Shown: one piece after another, positions 36,519 to 45,050 of the stretch
How the letters are laid out: each line of letters starts with the position of its first letter
How positions within the stretch are numbered: the first letter of the stretch is position 1
Origin: an uncultured virus (IMG/VR IMGVR_UViG_3300009128_000012)
Lineage: Duplodnaviria; Heunggongvirae; Uroviricota; Caudoviricetes
IMG/VR virus record: IMGVR_UViG_3300009128_000012
Length of the DNA: 64,000 nt
Strand: one strand, 5' to 3'
Position numbers and translations under genes: made by a program
The notes under the pieces: generated by a model
Seen by the model: only the letters and a program-made list of their open reading frames with translations
Databases searched by the model: none
What the model was told of the DNA's origin: nothing

Positions 36519-36914
36519 ATGAGCGTGCGCTATGACATAACTGCCGACGCGCTGGAGACTAACAGCTACCGGCCGCTTCACGCGGGTGACGACTACACCC
36601 ACGAGTTCACCGCACAGGTGGACGGGTCCGCGCTGGACCTGACCGGAGCTACACTCTGGGTCACCGTCAAGGAGGACGCCACCGACCCTGACACCGAGGC
36701 GAAGCTAGCCTACAGCACCGCTGACATCACCGAGGTCAAGATCACCGATGCTACTGCTGGTAAGTTCAGTGTCTACTTCAAAGCCGCTGATACAGCCGCT
36801 CTTGCCGGAAGCTGGCAGTATGACATCAAGGCGAAGCTCAGCAGCGGAAGCATCCGCCGGCTGGCACGGGGCGTCATCGAATTCCTGGCCAACATCACGC
36901 AGGCAACAAGCTAG
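36519..36914 (+). CDS. BppU-N-like Ig-fold virion protein
   Basis: GDDY...F....G..LDLTGA....VK...ITDA..GK......A.DT..L......YDI. Confidence 0.7.
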   Translation: MSVRYDITADALETNSYRPLHAGDDYTHEFTAQVDGSALDLTGATLWVTVKEDATDPDTEAKLAYSTADITEVKITDATAGKFSVYFKAADTAALAGSWQYDIKAKLSSGSIRRLARGVIEFLANITQATS

Positions 36915-36946
36915 CCCCAGAACAGAGACAGAGAAGGAGAAAGAAG

Positions 36947-37549
36947 ATGAAAAGGACCATCGCACTCAGCGCCGCACTGGCGCTCCTCCTGGTCTTCGCG
37001 CAGGGCGCGCAGGCACAGGATACCAAGAGGGCAGAGCCCAAGGAGAAGATCGAGGCCAAGGCGGAACCCAAGAAGGCACCCGCCGAGCCGAAAGCAGACG
37101 AGAAGGTTGAGCCCAAGAAAGACGAGAAGGTTGAGCCCAAGGCCGAAGAGAAGAAGACACCAGCGCCGCCCCCGAAGGACGAGGTGAAGAAAGCCAAGGA
37201 CGACCCGGGCAAGGCCATGGCCGGCATCGTCACCGCGGCCCAAAGCGGCCAATGGGCGCTCATGGTCGCCTTCATCGTCATGCTACTTACCACCATCGTA
37301 CGCAAGCTCTTCAAGGACACGATCCCCGCGGTCGTGCTGCCCTGGGTGGCCGTCGGGCTGGGTCTCATCGGCGAGTGCGCCCTGGTGCTCGCCTACGGAG
37401 GCTCGTGGCCTACGGCTATCCTGGCCGGTGTCTCGGCAGGCTTGACCGCCGGCGGCGGCTACAGCGCACTCGGCAAGCACTTGCCCTTCATCGGGCTCAA
37501 GAAGGAAGAAGCGCCCGCGGCCGAGGAGAAGCCCAAGGACGAGGACTGA
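36947..37549 (+). CDS. Holin-like membrane protein with signal peptide and K/E/P linker
   Basis: N-terminal signal (AQA-Q); three C-terminal TM segments ending AILAGVSAGLTAGGGYS. Confidence 0.6.
   Translation: MKRTIALSAALALLLVFAQGAQAQDTKRAEPKEKIEAKAEPKKAPAEPKADEKVEPKKDEKVEPKAEEKKTPAPPPKDEVKKAKDDPGKAMAGIVTAAQSGQWALMVAFIVMLLTTIVRKLFKDTIPAVVLPWVAVGLGLIGECALVLAYGGSWPTAILAGVSAGLTAGGGYSALGKHLPFIGLKKEEAPAAEEKPKDED
37097..37141 (+). repeat. Direct repeat GACGAGAAGGTTGAGCCCAAG x2 (24-nt period)
   Basis: Exact copies at 37097-37117 and 37121-37141 encoding DEKVEPK. Confidence 0.85.
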
Positions 37550-37552
37550 TCC

Positions 37553-37888
37553 ATGCAGTGGATCCGCAAGAATTGGAGATGGCTGCTGGCCGTCGTCATC
37601 TGCGGTGTGGCGGTCCCCGTCTTCATCCTGCTGTGGATGAGCGGCAAGAACCGCGAGGCCCAGCAGCTCAAGGCGCAGCTGGCGATGATGAAGGCTAAGG
37701 CCAAGATCTCGGGCGTCGAGGCGGATATGGCCGCCCGCGCGCCCGAGATTGCTCTCAACCGTGCGGAGGCCAAGAAGGCTGAGGCCGCGATCGTCGAGGC
37801 CAAGAAGGAGGCTGTTGCGGTGGCCAAGACGGTTGAGGGCATGACCGACGAGGAAGTGCACGCCGAGTTCGACAGGTTGGGCCTATGA
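37553..37888 (+). CDS. Putative i-spanin-like protein (N-terminal TM plus coiled coil)
   Basis: Single TM helix followed by an Ala/Lys/Glu helix; follows the holin-like gene. Confidence 0.55.
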   Translation: MQWIRKNWRWLLAVVICGVAVPVFILLWMSGKNREAQQLKAQLAMMKAKAKISGVEADMAARAPEIALNRAEAKKAEAAIVEAKKEAVAVAKTVEGMTDEEVHAEFDRLGL

Positions 37889-38310
37889 GATACCTGTTGA
37901 TAGTCGGAGCCCTGCTCGGCCTCATCGCCGCCGGCTGCCCAGCACACGCCGAGCCGCCGGCGCCCTCGGCGCCCTTGGAGCACAACGGCGTCAAGGGCCG
38001 CTGGTTCTCCATGCCGTCCGCCAAGAAGCTGCTTGAGTCCTACAAGCTGCTGCCGGTCAAGCAGCGCGAGCTCGACGCGACCAAGAAGTTGCTCGACATC
38101 CGCAAGGTGCGCATCACCCTGCTTGAAGCCAACCTCGCTGACAGCCGGAAGGTCGCCAACCTGTGGAAGGATACCGCCGAGCAGCAGGCTAAGACTGCGG
38201 CCGCGAAGGACTCCGTCTGGCGGTCCCCCTACCTCTGGACCGCGGTGGGATTAGTTGTGGGTGTTGGCCTGACGGTGGGCGTGCTGGCGGCAACGCAGAA
38301 CGTCAAGTAG
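37885..38310 (+). CDS. Putative spanin partner (signal/lipobox, coiled coil, C-terminal TM)
   Basis: IAAGC or AHA-E cleavage site; C-terminal LWTAVGLVVGVGLTVGVL. Confidence 0.55.
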   Translation: MRYLLIVGALLGLIAAGCPAHAEPPAPSAPLEHNGVKGRWFSMPSAKKLLESYKLLPVKQRELDATKKLLDIRKVRITLLEANLADSRKVANLWKDTAEQQAKTAAAKDSVWRSPYLWTAVGLVVGVGLTVGVLAATQNVK

Positions 38311-38311
38311 C

Positions 38312-38575
38312 TCAGGGCACGGTCACCTTTCCATCAGGATGAATCGTCAGGGCCGGCACCCACGAGAACGTGCAGGTCGCCCAGTCCTCTCCGTACATCT
38401 CTTCGCAGGCGTGCACGTAGCCAGCCTTGTACTCAGGCCATTCAGGTTCAGGCACCCAGTGCGGTCGCTGCAGGTCTGGCCGCACCTCTCGGCCACCGAC
38501 GCTGCCGAAGTGAGCATTCTCGCAGTTGTCCTGCACCGCGTCTTGCACACCGCGGTACCACCAGTGCAGCATCAT
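38312..38575 (-). CDS. Hypothetical protein
   Basis: ATGA overlap with the transglycosylase stop codon. Confidence 0.55.
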   Translation of the reverse strand: MMLHWWYRGVQDAVQDNCENAHFGSVGGREVRPDLQRPHWVPEPEWPEYKAGYVHACEEMYGEDWATCTFSWVPALTIHPDGKVTVP

Positions 38576-39168
38576 CGACTCTTGCGCTTCTTCTCGCATC
38601 GCTTTACCCACTTGTCGAACTTGGCCTTGTACCGCTCCATCTTCCAACCCTTTGCCGGAGCCTTGTGCTTCGACTTGGGAACGATGTACCCGTAGACGTA
38701 GTGCCACCACCAAGCGGCCTTACACTTACACCGGCCCGTCTCGTGCCTTCGCTTCCAGTAGGCAAGTATCTTTGTGCCGACTTGGAAGTTGAGTCCCGGC
38801 TTGAGCAGAGCGCGCTCGCGGCCCAAGAACTGTGGGTTGCTGACAGGTGTGACCTCCGGCTGCATGAGCCCCCAGCTCCGGCGGCAGTAGTAGATGGGCT
38901 TGCGGTACCGCACCACCTTCCGCCACTTGCAGCCGAACTTTATGCTGATCACATTCCTGAAGTTACTCTCGCAGTAGGTGCGTGCTGCTACCCATCCGAC
39001 GTTGATCTTGTTCCGGCGCGCGGCGTAGGTCATCAGCCGGGCGTAGCGCATCGACGTGGGGTGGCTCAAGTGCCGGACCGTCTTGCGCAGCGCGTAGCCT
39101 ACGCAGAGAGGGGACTGAGCCAGTGCTGCTGTTGGAGCCAGCAGAAGCAACAACATCAGGACTCTCAT
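38572..39168 (-). CDS. Lytic transglycosylase (SLT-like) with signal peptide, probable endolysin
   Basis: CESNF (catalytic Glu), SWGLMQ, L.P..N...G...L motifs; ALA-Q signal peptide. Confidence 0.8.
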   Translation of the reverse strand: MRVLMLLLLLAPTAALAQSPLCVGYALRKTVRHLSHPTSMRYARLMTYAARRNKINVGWVAARTYCESNFRNVISIKFGCKWRKVVRYRKPIYYCRRSWGLMQPEVTPVSNPQFLGRERALLKPGLNFQVGTKILAYWKRRHETGRCKCKAAWWWHYVYGYIVPKSKHKAPAKGWKMERYKAKFDKWVKRCEKKRKSR

Positions 39169-40043
39169 ACAGCGCTCTGGGCCTGCCTCTCACACTCCGC
39201 GTCCACCACCAGCCGCACCTGCTTCTTCAACTGTGCGAGAGTTCCGTTGTTGTCGATGGTGTGGTCCCAGTCGTCGAAGCCGTCGAGGGCTGTCTCGGAG
39301 ACGTGCTCCTCGTAGCCATTCTCCGGCTTGATGTCCCGATCGATGCGGATGACCGCACCGCCGAGCCGCCGAACAGCATCGACCTCGTGCGGGAAGCGCA
39401 CGTCGGTGACCAAGATGGAGACCTCCGGGCTGGCCGCAGCCCGGCGAAGCAGGGTCTTGCACCAGATGTCGCGGCCGAAGGTGACTTGCATAGCCTCAGT
39501 GCCGGCCAGCTGCATGATGCGACGCGGGCTCATATCCCAGAAGGGGTCGACAGCAAGCTTCGCCTCTGGATCGTACAGCTGCTCGGCCGACAGCCCGAAG
39601 ACGCCCTGAGCGATGCCCTGCTTCAACGAGGACGCGAAGCTGTCCAACCGGCTGGGCATCTGCAACCTGCTGAGCCAGTCGACAGCGTACCTGGCTGCTG
39701 AGTCCTTGCCACGATGCTGCTTGCAGCCGAAACCCAGAACGATGGGCGGCTTCGTCGTGCAGTCCTGTGCGCGCGCCGGCCGCGGGAAGTCCAGAGCCAG
39801 GTCGGCGCGGCCGTCAGGGAAGCAGGCGCGGACCAATGCTTGCTCGTCACCGACCAAGTTCAGCAGCTCGGCCATCCGGCGGAAGGCGTAGCGCGCTGCC
39901 TCCGACGCCGTCGAGGCACCAACTGCTCGCTGTATCAACGCCAAGCCCTCAAGCGCGTTGTCGTCGAGGGAGAAGCGCATGCTCTGACCACCTGCCCGCT
40001 TCCAAGCCTGCGGCTTCCGTTTCGTGTTTCTCTTGCCAGCCAT
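39165..40043 (-). CDS. Deoxynucleoside monophosphate kinase with N-terminal RHH-like domain
   Basis: G....GKD, SFA..LK, PR..MQ..GTE, DIW, VTDVRFPHE, HVSE, IDNNGTL. Confidence 0.85.
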   Translation of the reverse strand: MAGKRNTKRKPQAWKRAGGQSMRFSLDDNALEGLALIQRAVGASTASEAARYAFRRMAELLNLVGDEQALVRACFPDGRADLALDFPRPARAQDCTTKPPIVLGFGCKQHRGKDSAARYAVDWLSRLQMPSRLDSFASSLKQGIAQGVFGLSAEQLYDPEAKLAVDPFWDMSPRRIMQLAGTEAMQVTFGRDIWCKTLLRRAAASPEVSILVTDVRFPHEVDAVRRLGGAVIRIDRDIKPENGYEEHVSETALDGFDDWDHTIDNNGTLAQLKKQVRLVVDAECERQAQSAV

Positions 40044-40054
40044 ATTGAGGCCCA

Positions 40055-40083
40055 AGCCTAACCCACTGTAATATAGATGTCAA
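40055..40083 (-). promoter_or_regulatory. Sigma70-like promoter (leftward)
   Basis: TTGACA-17nt-TAGGCT, ending 11 nt before the ATG at 40043. Confidence 0.7.
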
Positions 40084-40128
40084 GCGTGCCGTGGGCCAGA
40101 TCGCAGCACATTTGCAGCCCGTTTGTTG

Positions 40129-40158
40129 TTGACAAGAGATCCCCCGCGTGCGCATATA
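40129..40158 (+). promoter_or_regulatory. Possible sigma70-like promoter (rightward, leaderless)
   Basis: TTGACA-18nt-CATATA, 7 nt before the ATG at 40166; weak -10. Confidence 0.45.
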
Positions 40159-40165
40159 GGTACGC

Positions 40166-40525
40166 ATGACAGACGAGAACAAGCAAGCCCAGCTGCCGCG
40201 CCCGCGCCGCACCGAAGCCGCTGATGTCCCTCCATCGCATAGAGCAGCGCGCCGTGCAGCTGAGGACGTCCCGGCCGCCGACTACTGCGAGCGGATGGAG
40301 CGGCTGGGCCCCCGCGAGGGTGAAAGCTATCTAGCCTTCTGCAAGCGGCTGAGCATGTTGCACGGTGTGCGGCCGCTGTGGATTGAGGTGTGGCGAGACT
40401 GCGCTGGCAACCAGGTTGAGTGCGCCAAGCACATGGGCATCCCCCGCGGGAACGTGGCCTACGAGCTGCGCCTGGTTGGCCTGTCGCGGGAGCTACTGGA
40501 CATGCTCTGCGAGGTGAGCACTTGA
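40166..40525 (+). CDS. Fis-like HTH DNA-binding protein
   Basis: GNQVECAKHMGIPRGNVAYELRLVGL matches the HTH_8 pattern. Confidence 0.7.
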   Translation: MTDENKQAQLPRPRRTEAADVPPSHRAARRAAEDVPAADYCERMERLGPREGESYLAFCKRLSMLHGVRPLWIEVWRDCAGNQVECAKHMGIPRGNVAYELRLVGLSRELLDMLCEVST

Positions 40526-40550
40526 CGCCAGTTCAGGTGTGACCTATGAT
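40522..40550 (+). promoter_or_regulatory. Sigma70-like promoter for the HNH gene
   Basis: TTGACG-17nt-TATGAT, 8 nt before the ATG at 40559. Confidence 0.7.
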
Positions 40551-40558
40551 AGCAGTGA

Positions 40559-41284
40559 ATGGCAAAGATACAGAAAACGCGTAGGGCGGTTCGAACGGCT
40601 TGGTGGGATATGATTCGGCGATGCTACAATGAGGAACATGTCAAATACGCGTCCTACGGGGGGCGCGGCATCCGAGTGTGCAAGCGCTGGCTCGAGTCGT
40701 TTGATAGTTTTCTCGAGGATATGGGTGTACCTGCGGCGGACAAGACACTGGACCGCCGCGACAACAACAAGAACTACACGCCGAGCAACTGCCGCTGGGC
40801 GTCTCGCAAGCAACAGGCGCGAAACACGCGAGCGAATCGACTGATCACAATTGACGGTGAAACCCGCTGCCTCACCGAATGGTGCGAGATTCGCGGGATT
40901 CCAATATCCACCGTATACGCTCGTCTGCACGCTGGCTGGTCCGAAACTGATGCGCTCACCCCCGGCAGGTTCGGAGGTACGGCGCGCAAGAACCTACTCA
41001 GACACCACGGACGCATGTGTAGCCGGGCGGAGCTTGCGCGTGAGCACGGAATGGATCCTACGCTCGTACACCATCGCATCCACCAGCAGGATATGACCCT
41101 GGCAGAGGCGCTGCAAAAACCGCCGCAGCAGCCGCTACAGTACACCTACAAAGGAGAAACACACCCACTAGCAGAGTGGGGCCGCAGGCTGGGGATACAC
41201 CCAAATACGTTGAGGTTCCGCATCACCAAACTAGGCTGGAGTATACAAAAAGCGTTCACGCAACCACCAAGGAAACGATGCTAA
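40559..41284 (+). CDS. HNH-type homing endonuclease with C-terminal HTH repeats
   Basis: W..M..RC.N.....Y..YGGRGI.VC.RW...F..DMG...TLDR.DN...Y.P.NCRWA....Q..N; lower GC than its surroundings. Confidence 0.9.
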   Translation: MAKIQKTRRAVRTAWWDMIRRCYNEEHVKYASYGGRGIRVCKRWLESFDSFLEDMGVPAADKTLDRRDNNKNYTPSNCRWASRKQQARNTRANRLITIDGETRCLTEWCEIRGIPISTVYARLHAGWSETDALTPGRFGGTARKNLLRHHGRMCSRAELAREHGMDPTLVHHRIHQQDMTLAEALQKPPQQPLQYTYKGETHPLAEWGRRLGIHPNTLRFRITKLGWSIQKAFTQPPRKRC

Positions 41285-42147
41285 ACTTACCCAGCAAACC
41301 CTTCGCCCTCGTCATTCAGGGCGACTGTCTCAAGGTGCTGCCGCACCTGCCCGCCGGCTGCGTGGACCTAACTATTTGTGATCCACCTTATGAGAGCATC
41401 GAACGGCACCGCAAGGTGGGCACCACCACCAGGCTCAAGGACTCGAAGAGCTCCTCCAACCCCTGGTTCAAGAGCTTCCCCAACAGCCTCTACCCAAAGC
41501 TGTTCGCGATGCTCTACGATCTCCACGCGGCCAACAGCCACCTCTACATGTTCTGCGACAGCGAGACCGAGCACATCGTTCTGTCAGGAACCAACCCCTA
41601 TCACGACACGACGCCGCAGCACTACCAATCCATCCCCGCGGTCACCAGCTGGCGCGCGTGGCCGAGCCTGACTTGGGCTAAGACCAAGAAGGGCTTGACC
41701 TGGAAGAAGCTTGCCGGCCGAACAGCCAGCCTCGCCATTGCGGAGTTGGACACCACCGAGATCGCGGCCATCCTGGTCGAGGACATGATCTCCACCGGCA
41801 TGGGTTACCACTGGCGCCGCGCTACGGAGCAGATCTTGTTCTTGGAGAAGGGGAAGCGCAAGCTCAACAACCTGGGCTACGGCTCTGTGCTTGCCGGGCC
41901 CCGTGCTGGTAAGAAGGACTACCCGGTGCAGAAGCCACTGTGCGTCCTCGACCGGCTGGTTGAGAACTCCACACAGCCCGGTGAGATCGTTCTCGACCCA
42001 TTCGCTGGGAGCGGAAGCGCGGGCCAAGCCGCACTCAACCGAGGCTGCAGCACCATCCTCATCGACAGGGACATCAGCTGGATGGTTGAACACCTGTACC
42101 TGCCGCAAGGCGCCACCATGCACCTGATGCGCGGGGAGGACCTGTGA
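41278..42147 (+). CDS. DNA N6-adenine/N4-cytosine methyltransferase (beta class)
   Basis: GDCL, DPPY, YPVQKP, VLDPFAGSGS. Confidence 0.9.
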   Translation: MLNLPSKPFALVIQGDCLKVLPHLPAGCVDLTICDPPYESIERHRKVGTTTRLKDSKSSSNPWFKSFPNSLYPKLFAMLYDLHAANSHLYMFCDSETEHIVLSGTNPYHDTTPQHYQSIPAVTSWRAWPSLTWAKTKKGLTWKKLAGRTASLAIAELDTTEIAAILVEDMISTGMGYHWRRATEQILFLEKGKRKLNNLGYGSVLAGPRAGKKDYPVQKPLCVLDRLVENSTQPGEIVLDPFAGSGSAGQAALNRGCSTILIDRDISWMVEHLYLPQGATMHLMRGEDL

Positions 42148-42392
42148 CCCCGGCGATGCGCGAGGACCTGCGTGAAACCCTGGCCCAGCTAGACTGGGAC
42201 CGGTACCGGCAGGTCATCGCGGTGATGATGCCGCAGATGCGTGGCGACGACGAGGCCGCTCTGGGGCGGCTGGTCGCCGACGCCTCGATGGAGTACAGCT
42301 GCGCCACCGACGAACAGAAACAGGCCTCCCGCTGGCAGGCCGACAAGATACTTGAGGCCATGCAGGATGTGGGCCTACTGGAGAAGACATGA
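42144..42392 (+). CDS. Hypothetical protein
   Basis: GTGA and ATGA overlaps on both sides. Confidence 0.55.
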   Translation: MTPAMREDLRETLAQLDWDRYRQVIAVMMPQMRGDDEAALGRLVADASMEYSCATDEQKQASRWQADKILEAMQDVGLLEKT

Positions 42393-42919
42393 GCAAAGAG
42401 AAGGCGAGTAGCGAGGCTGCAATCACCGTAGACGACGTGGACGCTGTCCGTGACATCGTCAGCCGCATCAACGCGGGGCACCTCGACCCAGCCGTCATCA
42501 AGGACTACGCCCGCTGCGTGCGCATCGCCGGCTCGATGTACACCTGCCGAGGGATGCTGAGCCAGCTATCGAAGAACATCTCCAGCTGGCGCAAGGAGAA
42601 GGGCTTCCGCACCGACTGGCTCAACGTGCCCGAGAAGCAGATGTTGATCGTGTGCGAGCTGGCCGAGGCCATGGAGGCGTACCGCCACCTCACGCCGGAG
42701 ACTCTCAGCTGGCTCCACGAGAACGTCGGCGCGACAGACTTCACCGAGTTGCAGCCGGAGCAGCGCAAGCACTACGAAAACTTCGCAGAGGAGCTGGCGG
42801 ACACACTGATCCGCACGCTGGACCTGGCGGCCTCCCTCGGCATCCAGATCGAGCTAGCCACCGCCCTGAAGATGGGCCACAACGAACTCCGCCCGCCTAT
42901 GCACAATAAGCACCGGTGA
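42389..42919 (+). CDS. mazG: MazG-like nucleotide pyrophosphohydrolase
   Basis: EK.MLIV.ELAEAMEAYR...EELAD..IR.LDL...KM..N..RP..H.K. Confidence 0.85.
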   Translation: MSKEKASSEAAITVDDVDAVRDIVSRINAGHLDPAVIKDYARCVRIAGSMYTCRGMLSQLSKNISSWRKEKGFRTDWLNVPEKQMLIVCELAEAMEAYRHLTPETLSWLHENVGATDFTELQPEQRKHYENFAEELADTLIRTLDLAASLGIQIELATALKMGHNELRPPMHNKHR

Positions 42920-42951
42920 AAGATGTTGTCTAACATTTTATCTCGTGGCAA

Positions 42952-43368
42952 GTGGCGTCGAAAGAAGGGGAAGCGGTAGTGCCCCCGGTTGATCCACAGC
43001 GGCTGTCGGCTGGGCTGATGCAATCCGCCCGGCGCGTCCGCGTCACCGTGGAGGGCGAAGGTGGCACCACCTTCGTGGGCTACATCTCCGACATGCGCGT
43101 AGACTACGACAACCGGATGGAGTACGCGCTCGGTGACGAGATGGCACCGATACGTGCCGTCATGGGCATGTCAGTGACGTTCACTATGCAGGCCATCGAG
43201 GAGCTCGAGCCCGTGCCGGAAGCACTCGATGACGATGTCAGCAAGGCCTTGGCTCGCTACATTTCTGAACCTGCTGAATCCCCTGTAGCCGAGCCTGAGC
43301 CAGAGCCAGAGCCAACACTTAGCGAGGGCTTCCAGTACCTCGAACTGCTTGACGAGGATGGAGGTTGA
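42952..43368 (+). CDS. Hypothetical protein
   Basis: 138 aa acidic ORF with an (EP)n linker. Confidence 0.5.
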   Translation: MASKEGEAVVPPVDPQRLSAGLMQSARRVRVTVEGEGGTTFVGYISDMRVDYDNRMEYALGDEMAPIRAVMGMSVTFTMQAIEELEPVPEALDDDVSKALARYISEPAESPVAEPEPEPEPTLSEGFQYLELLDEDGG

Positions 43369-43369
43369 C

Positions 43370-43873
43370 GTGCAGATCTTGCGAGGCGACATCTGGAAAC
43401 TGGCGACGCCTTCCGACTGGATTTGTGTCACGACAAACATCGGCTGGCGGCGTGACTCCGGCGACGGCATCATGCGCGCCGGCATCGCCGGGCAGGCACA
43501 CGCCCGCCACCCCATTCTTGAAAGTCAGTGGGGTCGCCACTGCCAGGTCTACGGCGACCAAACCCCCATCATGGCCTACGAGGTGCGCGGAACCCCGCGT
43601 GGTCTGCTACTGGTGCCCACGGTGCCGCTGGACCGCGCCCAACCCTGGCTCAGCTGGAAGCAGGGCTCCAGCCTGAAGCTGGTGCGGCGCGCCCTGGACA
43701 ACCTGGTTTCACTGGCGCAGCACCCTGAGCAGCTGCTCTCGCCTGTGGCCCCCGACATGCGCATCCTGGTCCCGCCGCTAGGGCAAGGCTGCGGCCGGCT
43801 GTCACCAGATGATGTGCAGCCCCTGTTCGATGAACGAAACCACGACCGGCTCGTGCTGGTCAGAGAGGATTGA
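43370..43873 (+). CDS. Macro domain (ADP-ribose-binding/hydrolase) protein
   Basis: GDIW, VTTN, GIMRAGIAGQ, VPPLGQGCGRL; GTG start with GGAGG SD. Confidence 0.8.
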   Translation: MQILRGDIWKLATPSDWICVTTNIGWRRDSGDGIMRAGIAGQAHARHPILESQWGRHCQVYGDQTPIMAYEVRGTPRGLLLVPTVPLDRAQPWLSWKQGSSLKLVRRALDNLVSLAQHPEQLLSPVAPDMRILVPPLGQGCGRLSPDDVQPLFDERNHDRLVLVRED

Positions 43874-43874
43874 G

Positions 43875-44264
43875 ATGGCAGACGACGAATGCAAGAAAGA
43901 GTGGGCCTGGTGCGAGCCGATGGCTGAGACCGCCCACGGGCTCTTCGCCACCCAGAAGGAGGCTATCTGTGATGCCAAGCAGCACTTCGGTGAGGTGGTT
44001 GAGGGCAGCGCACGCCCCCGAATCCGGGTTGCAAAGGTCAACTTTGCCGACCCGAAGGCGTACATCCCGGACGCCGACGAGGTCGTCGAGCGGATGGACG
44101 AGCAAGCATACGGCAACGAATTCTCCTTCTGGGACGATCCCATCTTCGAGATCAACACTGGCGGCCGCACTGCCCTCAAGCATCTCCTGGAGAGCTGGGT
44201 TGAGGACTACGTAGCCACGTGCGGCGTCTGGGTCATGGTGGACGGCGAGGAGGTGGATCTGTGA
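43875..44264 (+). CDS. Hypothetical acidic protein
   Basis: GAGGA SD; fits the operon. Confidence 0.6.
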   Translation: MADDECKKEWAWCEPMAETAHGLFATQKEAICDAKQHFGEVVEGSARPRIRVAKVNFADPKAYIPDADEVVERMDEQAYGNEFSFWDDPIFEINTGGRTALKHLLESWVEDYVATCGVWVMVDGEEVDL

Positions 44265-44521
44265 GCCACTCGGTCACCTTCTACTACAACAAGCGCAGCG
44301 GCAAGCCGGTAGCCTGCCCGAGTTGCCACAGCCACTCCCCGATACAGATGCCGTTCGGAGTTGTACGCGACGGGAAGGTGCAGCTGACCGCCAAGACCTT
44401 CCGCGACATGCTCCGCGGCCGGGTGCTGATTGGGCCGAAGAAGCAGGGCGCACGCTGTGGGGCCTGCGGTCGCATCTTCATCACATCCGTCAACGTGATT
44501 CCGCACAAGGTCACACGGTAG
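44261..44521 (+). CDS. Zinc-ribbon protein
   Basis: CPSC...CGAC; GTGA overlap and GAGGAGG SD. Confidence 0.6.
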   Translation: MSHSVTFYYNKRSGKPVACPSCHSHSPIQMPFGVVRDGKVQLTAKTFRDMLRGRVLIGPKKQGARCGACGRIFITSVNVIPHKVTR

Positions 44522-44525
44522 GACT

Positions 44526-45050
44526 GTGGCAGCGGGGCAGAACATAGCCTGCATCGGGCGGCGGGATGTGGAACCGCACTCGATGCGCTGCTACCTCGAG
44601 TATCTCGGTGCGAGGTACGCCGAGGAGGGCAGCACCGTCTGCTCAGGCAACGCTGACGGGTCCGACGACCTGTTCGCGCTGGGCGCCGGCTCCGTCCGCG
44701 AGGATGCGGTTGAAGTGTACCTGCCCTGGGCCAGCTACAATCGCCAACGGCTGCTGCCCGGTAACAAGGTGTGGACCGCCGCACAGGCGCTACCTATCCA
44801 CCGGCGCTTGGCGCAGGACGCGCACCTGCGCTGGGACGTGCTGAAGGACTCGGTGCGGCTGCTGATGATCCGCAACGCCATGATCGTCCACCGCTTTGAC
44901 AAGCCGGTAGACTTGGTGGTCGCCAACCCCAACACCGAAAAGCGCGGCTGGGGTGGCACCGGCCATGGCATTACCATCGCCGTGTTGCTGGGCATCCCGG
45001 TGTTCCTCTTGAACCTCAACCGCTACCTGCAGCCTGGGGACCCTGTCTGA
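44526..45050 (+). CDS. SLOG/DprA-like protein
   Basis: ACIG.R, SGNA.G.D..F..GA, YLPW, RN...V, GGTG.....A....IPVF.L. Confidence 0.8.
   Translation: MAAGQNIACIGRRDVEPHSMRCYLEYLGARYAEEGSTVCSGNADGSDDLFALGAGSVREDAVEVYLPWASYNRQRLLPGNKVWTAAQALPIHRRLAQDAHLRWDVLKDSVRLLMIRNAMIVHRFDKPVDLVVANPNTEKRGWGGTGHGITIAVLLGIPVFLLNLNRYLQPGDPV

Noticed and set aside
40559..41284. HNH plus methyltransferase as a restriction-modification pair
   Set aside because: The HNH is of the common free-standing homing type with its own promoter; adjacency alone is not evidence.
42389..42919. MazG as MazZ of a 2-aminoadenine (Z) genome pathway
   Set aside because: No PurZ or DatZ in the window; the sequence looks like a generic phage MazG.
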